Assembly (NCBI GenBank): GCA_951406725.2
Contig: OX597829.1
Location: forward strand, 31,372,001-31,436,000
DNA from: Octopus vulgaris
Lineage: Eukaryota
Direction of reading: 5' to 3'
DNA: 64,000 nt
The position numbers were made by a program, and so were the translations under genes. Positions 40,461 to 53,189 of this stretch are shown here, piece by piece (position 1 is the stretch's first letter; each line of letters starts with the position of its first letter). Under the pieces are notes generated by a model, which was not told the origin of the DNA, ran no database searches, and saw only the letters and a program-made list of their open reading frames with translations.

Positions 40461-40713
40461 GACATACATACATATATACATGCATACGCACACCCGTATA
40501 TGTAAAGACAGAGAACGAAGGAGAGAGAGAGAGAGAGATGGAACAGTGAGAGGAGGAGAGAGTGTGTAAGTCATCAACAATCTATATTTCTACACCAACA
40601 TCAACTTAATGGGCCTCTCATGACTGATCCGTTAAGATTATGGTTTGCTGATCAGATCGGAAGTTATCTTCCGTAGTCGCCGGAACCCCCCCCCCATATG
40701 CAATATATTATAG

Positions 40714-40942
40714 CTATTTCTTTACTACCCACAAGGGGCTAAACACAGAGGGGACAAACAAGGACAGACAAACGGATTAAGTCGATTACACTGACCCCAG
40801 TGCATAACTGGTACTTTATCGACCACAAAAGGATGAAAGGCAAAGTCGACCTCAGCAGAATTTGAACACAGAACGTAACGGCAGACGAAATACGGCGACG
40901 TATTTCGCCCGACGTGCTAACGTTTCTGCCAGCTCGCCGCCT
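40714..40942 (-). mobile_element. SINE family B, full length, with long TSD
   Basis: ATATGCAATATATTATAGC is duplicated on both sides. Confidence 0.9.
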
Positions 40943-41149
40943 ATAATATATGCAATATATTATAGCAATTGAGTAATATATTTTTTTCTTACTGCAAAAT
41001 TATTAATTATGTTCCTCCTAGGAAAATGTCCCTACTAATACTAACGGATCAAGCAAACACGCAGAAACTCCCCTTGTAGTATTATAATTAAAGAAGTTGA
41101 GTATAGCACAGTTTTTTTCATTTTTTTCCTGATTAGCATTGAAGAAGGC

Positions 41150-41465
41150 GAGCGAAAACTGCTAGACCGATGAGATTTGTACCATCAAAGTTATTATTTT
41201 ATGAGAATATCTGAAGAAAAAAAAACGGCATAAACAAGGAAAGGATTCCAGAGGGATTCTGGAATTCCAAGTGTTATGAGGTGGAAGGACTGGGGAATTG
41301 ATTAAAGCTGAAACTGAGTGGTTGGACATTACAAGGATGACGAGAAAAGGAGAGACGAGTGGGTCAGGAATGCATGAGTGAAAATGTCATGACGCCAGTC
41401 ACCTCTGAGGAACAGAGACCGTTATAAAGGCGGTAGAAAAGTAGAGACACTGGAAACTGACTTTA
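41150..41465 (+). mobile_element. Highly decayed REL-type LINE fragment
   Basis: Purine-rich; fragments GFWNS..KAETEWLD..VTSEE..RHWK resemble the pre-RT region of R4-like elements. Confidence 0.3.
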
Positions 41466-41672
41466 TACCAATCAGTCGAGGTTTCTTTTCTAAAGCGGTG
41501 GCCTAAATAACAAAACAAGTGCTTGCTTTCGTTACTCTGCATTGCGGGTACAAACCCCACCTCCTGAAGTAGAAGGTGTCGTTAGAATATGTAACAGTCA
41601 TGTGTCGCTCCTGCCACTACAAATTAGTAGTCCCATGCCAAAGTGATACATCATTATTATTGTATTAGGATA

Positions 41673-41885
41673 AGGCGACGAGCTGGTAGAATCGTTAGCA
41701 CGTCGGGCAAAATGCTTAGTGGCAATCCGTCCGTCCTTACGTTCTGAGTTCAAATTCCGCCGAGGTCGACTTCGCCTTTCATCCCTTCGGCGTCCATAAA
41801 GTAAGTACCAGGTGAGTACGGGGTCGATGTAATCGACTTAAGTCGTATCCCGAAATTGCTAGCCTTGTGCCAAAAATTGAAATTA
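41673..41885 (+). mobile_element. SINE family B (older subfamily tail)
   Basis: GGCGACGAGCTGGTAGAATCGTTAGC...GAGTTCAAATTCCGCCGAGGTCGAC...CCTTGTGCCAAAA. Confidence 0.85.
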
Positions 41886-42164
41886 TTATTATATTAAAAT
41901 GATGTACACAAATTCTTTCTTTGCTTCAATAAAGATATATTAGACTACTCGCTTTCAACATAAATTTATATTTGGTATATGTATGTTTAAACACGACATA
42001 AACGATACATACTGAGTGCGTGTAAATGTGTTAGTAAGCATGTATATATATATATGTGTGTGTGTGTGTGTATGCATGTATGTATATGTATACACACACG
42101 CATAAATACAGATACATACATGCATACACACACATATACATACTCACATATATTGTTTGTTCCT

Positions 42165-42489
42165 TCTCGAGCCACGTCTGGCTCATAAAGGCCGGTTTCC
42201 CGGTTTCCTTGGCGTGTAGGTTTCCTTGGCGTGTAGGTTTCCTTGGCGTGTAGGTTCCCTACCTGGACGGGACGCCGGTCCGTCGCAGGTGAGCTGCAAG
42301 ATGCAGGAGGAAAGAGTGAGAGAAAGTTGTGGCGATAAGAATCAGCAGAAGTTCGCCATTACCTTCTGCCGGGGCCGCGTGGAGCTTAGGTGTTTCGCTC
42401 CTAAACACACACATCGCCGGGTCTGAGATTCGAACCCGTGATCCCTCGACCGCGAGTCCGCTGCTGTAACCACTAGGTCATGTGCCTCC
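42165..42489 (-). mobile_element. tRNA-derived SINE family C with V-SINE-like core
   Basis: Head GGAGGCACATGACCTAGTGGTTA...GGTTCGAATC; core CCTGCGACGGACCGGCGTCCCGTCCAGG resembles the V-domain; an internal 18-bp unit GGTTTCCTTGGCGTGTA(G) is triplicated at about 42202-42255. Confidence 0.8.
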
Positions 42490-42664
42490 ACACTCACATA
42501 TGTACATGTATACATACACACAATACAAACCCGCACACACACACAGAGTCAGTTTGACAACACTACCACCAACACATATACAGAAATAAATGGATAAATA
42601 AAACCTGGTTAATGCAGTACCGCCCCAAGAACACAATTAAACTTGTCACATTAAATATATGTAG

Positions 42665-42752
<88 letters not shown>

Positions 42753-43807
42753 GCAACAATGGCAACGACAATAATAGGAACAATAATAACAACAACAACA
42801 AAGCAATAACAACGGCAGCAACATGAAGAACAGTCACAAAAAGCAAAACTAAACCGGTCGAGCTTGTTTCATGCTGCAAGCCTATTGGTAGAGAACCATT
42901 TGAATTGCAGTGTTCTAGTTGTACAACTTGCTTGTTTCTTTTGTGCACCAAGTCGCTTCTTTTGTAATAGCTACCCCGTTTCTTTGTTACTATTAGAGTC
43001 GGTTGATAACGATGATTACTATAAGCAGTGGTGGTTGTAGTAGTAAGAATAACAACAACAGCAAAAATACCATTTTATTTGCAACACGGTCGACAGATGT
43101 CACTAAGAGTTACTAAAGGTGTGTGCGGTTTTACATTGAATAAGAGAAAAGAAAAAGAAAAGAATGAAAGCGAAAGTATACACCGTGATAAATGTTCACA
43201 AGGGAGAGAATTCCACCTGGTGAGTAGGGTCAACCAAGGAACACCTCATATTCTGGATTACTCTGTCTACCAAAGATTAGTTCCCTTTCCAAGCTATCAT
43301 TCTTCAGCCTATATACACAGTTATGTAGGCTCGTTCACTTGGGCCATGATTGCTACTCTCATATTTCGACAAATTTACTGGTGGAAAATATTTCCTTCTC
43401 GACTCTCATTCTTCTAAAGCAGTGGCCTAAATAACAAAACAAATGCTTGCTTTCGTTATCCTACATTCCGTGTACAAACCCCATCTCCTGATCGGTGAAG
43501 TAGGAGGTTCATCTGTTGATCAGGTCAACTTTGTCCGCATTTTCTAAAGCAGCCACCGATATCTTTAGAAATGACATACTCTAGCTCTTACTTTCCACTC
43601 TCTCACAATCAGCCGCTCTCATGTCAAAACGTTGCACCCCGATCTCTGAAAAGACGAAAGTTCGTTGACATACACTGGCCTCGTAAATATCACCTCCTCA
43701 GAGTACAATAAATATTTTTTGATAGAAGCTGTAGAAGATCATCCGTAGGATTTGCTTGAATATAGCTTATCAAATTGCAACTACTGAATAGCAACATATA
43801 AAATATA

Positions 43808-44250
43808 TATTAAATAAAATGAAGCAACAAAGCCAAGGCTATGTGGAATTTATAGGACATATATAAAGAGAAAGGTAGTCTTACAGCTGTTTCTGGGATA
43901 TTAGGGATATCCCTTCATCAGAGACGATATGAGAGAGTTAACTAGAGGGAAATACTAGAGTTCAGTATAAGGAGTTATTTTGGAAAAGGATGGATATAGG
44001 AAGAATAAAGGAAAATAAGAGGATAAAAATAAAAATAAGAATATATGTAGGATGTTATAGTTGCAGTTTCATTAACCAAGGAAAGTGCTGTGTAGAATGG
44101 GTGGAAATGCTTCTTGTAAATTATAAAAGAGAAAGTTTTGATACTCGGCACAAAATAGCGAGAACAGGTATTTTGACAGAGTATCTTGAGAGTGATGCAT
44201 AACAGACAAGGGAACTAACTGCAGTTATTGATGCCCATCAACGTTAAGGA
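43808..44250 (-). mobile_element. Penelope-like element fragment
   Basis: Carries the hammerhead at 43878-43925; purine-skewed plus strand like the other PLE pieces here; boundaries approximate. Confidence 0.55.
43878..43925 (-). ncRNA. Minimal type I hammerhead ribozyme motif
   Basis: GUCU-CUGAUGA-A-GGGAUAU-CCCUA-AUAUCCC-A-GAAA-CAGCUG-UA-AGAC: stem I 4 bp, stem II 7 bp, palindromic stem III, GUA triplet. Confidence 0.85.
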
Positions 44251-44783
44251 TGTCCAATAAAAGGACATTCGATGAAAACGCAGCCCAGAATTCAACCATT
44301 AAAGTTTCGGATCGATCAGTGGCTGTTAGTGGTAGGGAAACCGATGTATGAAAGATTATAATTGTCCTATATTGCGCTTACACTAGTTTCATCTCAGAGA
44401 GTATCTAAGTGTTCTATTGACCAGCTTGAAGCAATAGTCAAATTTCCCCCAAACCACACACTGCTGTTTTAGAAAAAAATACATTGGGTAACTTGGTCTT
44501 GAATACCTTTGCAGGAATGGTCACAAATGGAACACCTTCGATCATATGTCCGCTTGATCATAACTGACCTATTGCTAAACAATTGTTGCTACATAGGTTC
44601 AAAATAGCAACAATTGTCTGTTGCTATTTAGAACCTGTTACGTCACTAACGTGTTGCCTTGGGCAACTGTCTTCTACCCATAGCTTCCGGTGGAACAATT
44701 TACGAATAATAGATTTGAGGAGACGGAAGTTATAAAGACATCCGTTGTAAACATATACATACATACATACATACATACATACA

Positions 44784-44814
<31 letters not shown>

Positions 44815-47800
44815 GTACATGTGTGTCTGCAAGTGTGAGCACGCGCGCGCGTGTGTGTGCAGTATAAAATGGGTTTTGTTATCACTGCCATCCTTTGCAC
44901 AAACATTCGTCTTTAAATTTTAAGTTTTTACATATTTTTTATTGTACAAAGTAAACTGATCGTTTTAGTGTAGGAATTACAGTGCTGCATTCTTCCTCCA
45001 ATTTGTATGACTGTAAGTTTGTATGTATGTATGTATGTATGTATGTATGTATGTATGTATGTATGTATGTATGTATGGATGGATGGATGGATGGATGGAT
45101 GGATGGATGGATGCATGGATGCATGCATGCATGCATGCATGCATGCACGTATGTATGTAAGTATGCATGCATGTTCGGCGAGAGTTATAAGCACTAGCTC
45201 TACCATCGAACTAAAACTCCAGGTGTGTGTTTTTTTGTTCTGTTTGAGTTACACTGAAAAACCCTTGTGGCTGTGACCATTTTGCCATTTTAGATTAAGT
45301 GAATCCGTCATTGACTCGTTGGAAACCTCTAACCAACGATTCTGCGGTTCACAAAAACGCGATATAAACCATTTTACGCAATAATTAGAAAATAAATAAA
45401 GCAATTAATCACTTAGTCTAACTCCTTTGCCCCATTATTTCCATTAATCCATCACTTTTATTGCACGACTTACTCTATACACAGACATTATTGTTAGTCA
45501 CAGGGAAATATCACAACAGTAACGGAAGCCATGCTAAGTGAATAACTGTAAAGGCTATTCACGTAAAGACACAAAATAAATTGTAAAACACGTATCGCCC
45601 CGGTGAAATTATAAATTGAGGATTTCATAAACAGCGTCAGCATCTTACATTGAAAATGAGTGAGAAGGTAAACCACTCACTGCTTATCACTTCACCGATG
45701 TCGGTTCAAGTCTCGTTAGGATCAACTTTTTTTTTCTTTAGCTTCAAGGGTTGTGGATGGACAGAATCGTGAGAATGTTGATGAAAATGCTTTTGCAGTT
45801 TTGTGATATTTGTTTCGACACTATGTTCAGAGGTCAAACCCCTACGTGGTCAACTTTGGCTTTCCTCCTAAAGTACCAATAACATACTGAGGTCTATCGT
45901 ATTGAAAATTACTGGCATTGGGCCTTAATAAGAAAGGGTTACTTCAAAGACCTAAGTTAGATGGTAGCAATATCTATAGTGGTTGACAAAGAAACAAAAC
46001 TATTGTAGTAAAAGCTCACAACGTGTAAGTATAAAGAATTCTTTTTTAAAGGTGTATTGAGTTTGTAGACCTTGGTAGGAAAGACATGAATTTGTGTGTT
46101 TGGAGAGGTGGGTGAGGAATAGCTTGCCAGTGTCTATATGTGTCAGTGATTAAAGACAGTATATACATATAAAAGTGTGTGTGTGTGTACACATGAATGC
46201 ACGCGCATGTTTTCTCAAAACCTTGTTTCTCCATTTCATTAAAAGTTGTCCCGCAAGTCGACCGAGAAGACAAGTTATCGAGCACAGAACGAAATCGAGG
46301 CAACATAAAGGCCACGTAGACGACCATAACATTTAATAAGATATTTGCGCTGGTATTTTACTTACTGGACTGCCCATAATGCTACTATTTACGCAGTCGA
46401 TTATACATACAGTGATATTATTCATAGTGTTTTTGTGTTCCTTTTTATAATTTCTGTTTTTGTTCGGAGATAATTTCTCACACTGTCCATTCACCGAATT
46501 ACACCAACTGTGTTAATACACTCGTGAAATGAATAAACTCCATAGTTTCCAGCACATATTCTCTTCCCAGCCGTCTGCACACGTTGTACGCACCCATTGC
46601 ATAAGATGTAGTAACACCCAATGTTTAGTTAATTTAAATTACTAATCAGCTGCCCATTGTTTTGTTTGATAGTTTGCAGTTAGCATTGATCTTTCGTTAC
46701 CACGTTGCGCCAAAAGAAGAAGAAAAAAAAGTAATGGAGTGATCACGTGGCCTCCTCCGGCGGACACTGACTATTTTGTGGACTGTAGCTATTTCGCCGT
46801 TTTCAGGAACGTGAACAACTCACATTTTCTTTTCTTAAAATCTCTACTTATATATACATACACACAAACAAACACGCACTCTATTTTTTCCTCTCCTTTC
46901 TTCTCTCTTTCTCTCACCCTTCCTTCTCTCTCCTCATTCTTTCATTTTCTGTCTCACATACACACATGCACAAATGCACACCACACATACACTCATATGC
47001 ACAAACATACACACATACATACACACACTCTCTCTATTTTTCCTTCCCTCCTTTCTCTCTACTTTTTCTGTTTTTCCCTCGTTTCCCTCTCTCACTTTCT
47101 CACATATACTAAACAGGTCTTACCCAAATGCTACGCAAAGTCTGTCATTCCAGAACATATCTCCTCTGGAAACCCTACTCCACGCTGGAAATGAGCTTGC
47201 AGCCATCGATTTACAATTCTAGTAACCTTAACTAGACTGCACTGTGTAATAAACCCTAATTATTCATAAACAACCCCTTAGCGTCGAGCTGTGAGAACTA
47301 CCATAAAGACAGACAATGTAAATGATTGAAACGCATACTTTTATATTTTAAAAAAGCCATGAAACTCTATGCTTATATTTTCATTGAGTACTTAATAGAA
47401 AAGTAATCAACTTCAATTGAACCAATTTTGGCACACAACACACACAGAGTGAGAGAAATGTTCATACATACACATATGTGTATGTGTTAGTGTGTTTATG
47501 TGTACACATATCACACACAAACATACAAATATGGCTGACCTGGAGTTATATAAATATGGCCGACCTGGAGCTAGACAACAACAATTCTATGTTGTCAATC
47601 GCTTGAAATATCGGCTAAATTTCTCAAAAATAAAAAAAAATAAAAACATAATCGGCAGCTTTAGAGAAATGTATGACAAATCTAATGGCAATTAAAAAGA
47701 AACCAAACTTTGTCCTTTGATGAACAAATGCAACGTGAATGTGACAGCAGTGGGCAATAACAACTGCCATGCAGAAACTGAACAATGGGAGTAAGTTTTA

Positions 47801-47870
47801 TAACTATTGTCAATTGAATGGCCTATGTATATTTTGTGGTACAATTTCCGAAAAAGTATATTATATTGTA

Positions 47871-48378
47871 CTAGTAGTATCGCCCGGCGTTGCTCGGGTT
47901 TGTAAGGGAAATAACTATATAAGCATTTTTAGAGATACTTCCTTTATAGATGCCAATTCGGGCTTTCTTAGCCATTTCTGTTTTGGTGTCTTCAAGCCAT
48001 GAAGTCGTTCTAAAAGAACGCTGGTCTCCTTGACAACGCTTTACGACGTTGATTTCCTTACACTCCCTTCCCCACAGCTTCACGAGGGAGGGAAGAAGGG
48101 GGAGAAGCAAACAGGTGCAGGTGTGACCATGGACGCCAACTCCGCCGCCATCGACACACGAAAAATTATGCATTAAAATGGAATAAAAAATGATGTTAAA
48201 TTATTTTTTAAATCGTAGACTCATCGTAGACGCGCGCTAATACTCAGACAGGCTCGATATGAATCACGACTATAAGATACCCGAATTTGGTTAAACTGCA
48301 CCGCAAAATGTGGGAGTAGTTAGGAATCTAAATCGAAGGGGACAGACACTCACACAACTACAGTTTTATATATATAGA
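47871..48378 (-). mobile_element. Short non-autonomous Helitron sharing its 3' end with the 1.17-kb family
   Basis: CTAGTAGTATCGCCCGGCGTTGCTCGGG end and TCTATATATATAAAAC start; matches 31676-32067 except for a different GC-richer block at about 47935-48165. Confidence 0.85.
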
Positions 48379-48539
48379 TTAAGACATGGAAACGTTAGCA
48401 CAGAGCATTGGCTATCGATTCTATCTGAATCGGTAGCTAATGCCTTATTAATAACTACACTTTATAAATCTGACCTTGAAGTTCGAATCCCTTGAGAAAA
48501 CACAAAACAAAATACAAAAAAAAAAGCAGAAGCTCAGCA

Positions 48540-48850
48540 GGACTTGTTATAGAAACTCTTGTATATTTTAGAAAATTATGGTGAGAAAATACTATCGATA
48601 TTTAGAAAGCAGGCAGGTAGCACATCAGAAAACTGACATCGTTTCACATAACAAACAGAAAGGACAATAGTCTCTTATAATCTGCCATGGCAAATACTAG
48701 ATGACTGATTATGATAATGCTGTGAAATGGCTAATAGAAAAGCTGACAAATTACACAGGTTTAGCTGCTGAATTCAAGGACATGATTATTTTTATTTCTT
48801 CAAGCGGAATAACACAATACCAAAATCTGTGAAGGTATTAGTAGGTCATA
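48540..48850 (+). mobile_element. Decayed REL endonuclease fragment of a LINE
   Basis: Pieces ENYGEKIL..TDIVSHNKQK..DYDNAVKWLIEKLTNYTGLAAEFK resemble the EN..KILWD..PDIV..EK..KY.DL pattern. Confidence 0.45.
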
Positions 48851-48917
48851 ATGAAAGAAAGTATCTTCATCGGTCAAAGTTGGCCATTCATCTGCATCTG
48901 TGTATTTACAAGATATT

Positions 48918-48975
<58 letters not shown>

Positions 48976-49085
48976 TTTTTTTAGTTGGAATACAGGCAGT
49001 TATATATATGCATGTGTGTGTGCGTGTGCGTGTGCGTTACATTCTGCCAAGCCCCCAATGTTTATCTAAGAGAACGGTTACCACG

Positions 49086-49301
49086 TTAACCCTTTAGAAT
49101 TTAAACCGGCCATATCAGGGCCGAATATTCAACATGATTTCGGCCCAAGCTAGCCCGAACTGTTCTCTCGCACCTACTCCACAATGTCACTTTAAAAATA
49201 AACAAACGCATCACCAAAATCTCGAAGCTACAAGATAATGTTTGATTAATTCAAAACTTAAGCATTAACTTTGACAGAGTAATCTGAATGTTAAAGGTTA
49301 G
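49086..49301. mobile_element. Short TTAA-bounded MITE-like element
   Basis: TTAACCCTTTAGAATTTAAA ... TCTGAATGTTAAAGGTTAG imperfect inverted ends. Confidence 0.45.
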
Positions 49302-50475
49302 AACTGATACAATTTGACATCAGTGCCATCGCAGGCGTCGCTCTCACGACACTTATTCACGGCACAGATACCGCAAGGTATCTTGCCCGAACCGCTCTAA
49401 CAGCTTCTGCTAATTCCCAACTCTTGATCGATACCTTTTTCGTATCGATCCCCAAAGGGACGAAAAACAAAGTTGCCACCAGATATTGTATCTAACACTC
49501 TGACGATTCTACTACATGATATATTGTAAAGAATATCCTCAACGCTTACAATATCAATGACAAATGTAATTTGTGTGGAACATTTCCTAAGACAATTTAC
49601 CAGATTACATTAAGATGTCCATACACTAGCTCCGATAAATTAGTCCAAGAGGTACAATAATGTAGCAAAGCTACATTATTTACCCTCACCCATTTATTAC
49701 ACTCGGTAATGCAATGAAAAAACACTTGTGTATTAATAATTCGGTACTCTACCAGCAGTATATTGGATAGATATTATCCCTTAGTTGGTTGGATTCACAA
49801 CCTATAACTCTCTTGGAATTATATGTGTGTGTGCATGTGTGTGTGTGTGTGTATGTATGTGCGTGTGTGCTCGCGTGCGTGTGTATATGTGTACGTGTCC
49901 GAGCGTTGAATTTATGTGTGTGTGTATGTATGTGTCCTAGCGTTGAATCTTAAAGGTCACCTACGGACAATTGCATGTGTAACCAACCATGAAGAACAAA
50001 TCAGTAGTACAAAGAAATTAAATGCCAATCCCTTTAAAACGACAGCCACTTTAACAGCACCAGAATCACCATCCCACTACATCTTCACATTCAACGTAGT
50101 TTGCCCTTCAGGAACACACCTTGATAAGCCCAGTGACTACTATTAAATTCAGGCCACGACTGGCAGAGAGGTTGTTCTTGAAGCCGAGGATTTAAAACTT
50201 ACGGAGACAATATTTACATATCGCCTGAGGAAACAGAACTAGATCTTATAATGCAGGGAAACAGTTGCATAATCATCTGCCACCCAATTTCGACTGTTGC
50301 CTTCCAGTACTAAAATGCTATGAAACTTTAGACACCACCAATCAGCAGATAATCAAGACACTTGCATACTATAATTATAAATATAGTAATATTAAACAAC
50401 TATAATGTTGTGGAGAAGTAAAATGAAAAGCTAAGAAATTACATTAGCTTGACTATTGAGTGAAAGTAATAATAT

Positions 50476-50862
50476 GTCGGAGAGCTGGCAGAAACGTTAG
50501 CACGCCGGGCGAAATGCGTAGCCGTATTTCGTCTGCCGTTACGTTCTGAGTTCGAATTCCACCGAGGTCGACTTTGCCTTTCATCCTTTCGAGGTCGATA
50601 AATTAAGTACCAGTTACGCACTGGGGTAGATATAATCGACTTAATCCGTCTGTCTGTCCTTGTTTGTCCCCTCTGTGTTTAGCCCCTTGTGGGTAGTAAA
50701 GAAATAGGTATTTCGTCTGTCTTCGTGTTCTGAATTCAGATTCCGTCGACTTTGCCTTTCATCCTTTCGGGGTCGATAAATTACGTGTCAGTGAAACACC
50801 GGGGTCGATGTAATGGGCTAGACCCCCTCCCCACAAAATTTTGGGCCTTTAGTAGAAAGGAA
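50476..50862 (+). mobile_element. Young SINE B joined to the remainder of an older SINE B
   Basis: The full unit ends AAAGAAATAG at about 50707 and is followed directly by GTATTTCGTCTGTC...GACTTTGCCTTTCATCCTTTCGGGG with the old-type tail. Confidence 0.85.
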
Positions 50863-52489
50863 TAATATGTCTTATAAAGAATGTGTTTGTCAGTCTATGT
50901 TTAATTGGTATAACTAGAGTGATACACAACCACTTTTTCTAAAGACACGGACAGATTACCCATGAGGATGGCCATAGGCACGTTCCAGATGATAGTAATA
51001 TTAGTATGTGGAAGTATTGTTAGAGTATTGCGGCATTTGCTAACACTGAACGACTTTGTTAACTTTAAAGATCCTTGTTACCCTTGTATGCTAATTATTG
51101 AACACTATTTAATTTTGTATGAACATTGGACATTTTCGTTAACTGTAGATATTCTTGTTGCTGTGAACACTTTCACGCATGTCATCCAAAATGTACTTGA
51201 TTTTTGTTTTGTTTTGGTGGTGGTGGTAGTGGTGGTGGTGGTGGTAGTGGTGGTGGTAGTGGTGGTGGTGGCAGTGGTGGAGATGATGGTGGTGTTTGTA
51301 GAAGTAACAGTAGTAGTATTTGCTGATGTTATTGTTATTGTTGCTATTGACTTTAATATATAAATTTAAATCAATTCATATATTACATTGTATTATATTG
51401 TATTGTTTTATATGGTATTGTATTATATTATATTATATTAAATTCTATTATATTATATTCTAGTATGTTTTGTATTATGTTGTTATGAGAAGTGAAGAAG
51501 AAATAATACAGCACACTGCATCTGTATACAAAAGCATGTTTTATATAATTTTGGTTCCTTTTATTAGTCGGTGGAGGTAGGCGGTGAGCATGACCTTAGA
51601 AGTACCTCCCGGACAGAAGCAACTGCTGTGATTGGTCGTTTTAAATTCAATATCTTAGCTAAGATGACGCATTAGCAAAGGTGACGCATTAGCAAAGTGG
51701 TTAGAACGCCTGATTAGAACGTTTTTTGGCGCTTGTTCCAGCTCGCTAGATTCTGAATACAAATCCTGCTTCGGTCAGCATTGCCTTTCTCCCTTTCGGG
51801 ATCGATAAAAACTGAAGCAGCTGTCAATTACTAGAGTCGATGATATTACTTAACACCTTCCACTCGAATTTCAAGCCTAATACCTACTACAGAAACAATA
51901 TTTGTTCTTTGGGCCCTGAGTTCAAATCAGGTCGAGGACAACTTCATTTTTCGTTCTTTCGATGATCGATGAATATAGTACCAGTCACTTGCTAGGGCAC
52001 CCATGCCCTATCTCCTTTCATCTAGCATATCCTGGACGTTCCATTGGGTTAAAGTTGAGTGAGTGGAAATGATATCTATGTCTGATCGCAACTAGATGAG
52101 CATCTAAAACATAATTTTTATTTAACCAAGTTGGTTTACACAAAGGTGGGGGAGGGGCGTTACAGAGGGTTGGAGAACGAATGATTAACAACATGAAGTT
52201 AGACATATAGTTAAAAATAACCGAAAAATATGAAAATCGAGTGGAATAAAACAAAATGGAGTGAGGGACGCGGCCAACTCCACAAACCACGTACCAACAC
52301 TGAAACCTGAGTTTTTTTCCTTTTGTTCTTACTTAAGTAGGCGGAGAGCATCTAAAACCATTGATAAAAGTATGATATATAATGTGGGCTATTAAAATCT
52401 GTTCTAAATTTTCACAGGACAAACAGTAAAAGCAATGCAATCCAACCATGCTTGCAGTATAACAGACAATAATTGTAGTGCATGCACTG

Positions 52490-52760
52490 AAAACTATAAT
52501 AGATAAAAAATAAAAAGAACTGCGACAGCTTGTTAAATTTGAATCTTTTAAATGAGACTCGGAAGAGTCAGTTACTGGTAGACGTGCTCACACTGAATGA
52601 GGAGGCTAAAAGATCTAATAACTCGATTGTGAGTGAGAAGATATTGTCTACAGGAGAAATATGGGCGGTGAGAAAATTCCTGAGGGCTGCTGCAGCTCTC
52701 TTTGAGGAAGAAAAGAGTCAGAAAATAGTGTTTAGGATGGTGAGGTCTCGAAGCCCAAAC
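52490..52760 (-). mobile_element. Decayed 3' end of an APE-type LINE
   Basis: Minus strand reads ..RAAAALRNFLTAHISPVD.., resembling RTAALWNSLP.HIFP. Confidence 0.4.
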
Positions 52761-53189
52761 CAAATACTACAAGGTATTTTGACCAACGCTCTAACGCTCC
52801 TGTCAATTCTGGCAATATTATGGCACGCAATAAAAGGGTGCATTTTATATTTATTTTTATGTTTTTGCTATTGTTGTTACTTTAGTACCATGTCGGGTCC
52901 ATCAAGCTGACCTATGATTAAAAGACATTCTAACCATGACCAATACTGGCGTATATAGTATAGTAATGACGACGGAAGGATGAGGGATGGATGAGTTGTG
53001 TATGAAGTTGCTTTACTTCAAGGGATCAGTAACGGTTATGGCAGTTGAAATTCCAGTTCTCGTAGATTTAAACTTACTTACTCTTTTCTGGCTTCTTAGC
53101 TCATGGTGGTTTTGTTCTATATATTATAACATAGTGTTATTCTTACACCATACTTGAACACAATCTTTAAGGATTCTAATTCTGGAAAA

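Noticed and set aside
50222-50270. CTGAGGA...GAAACAGTTG hammerhead-like string
   Set aside because: No convincing stem I or II pairing and no valid cleavage triplet in this copy.
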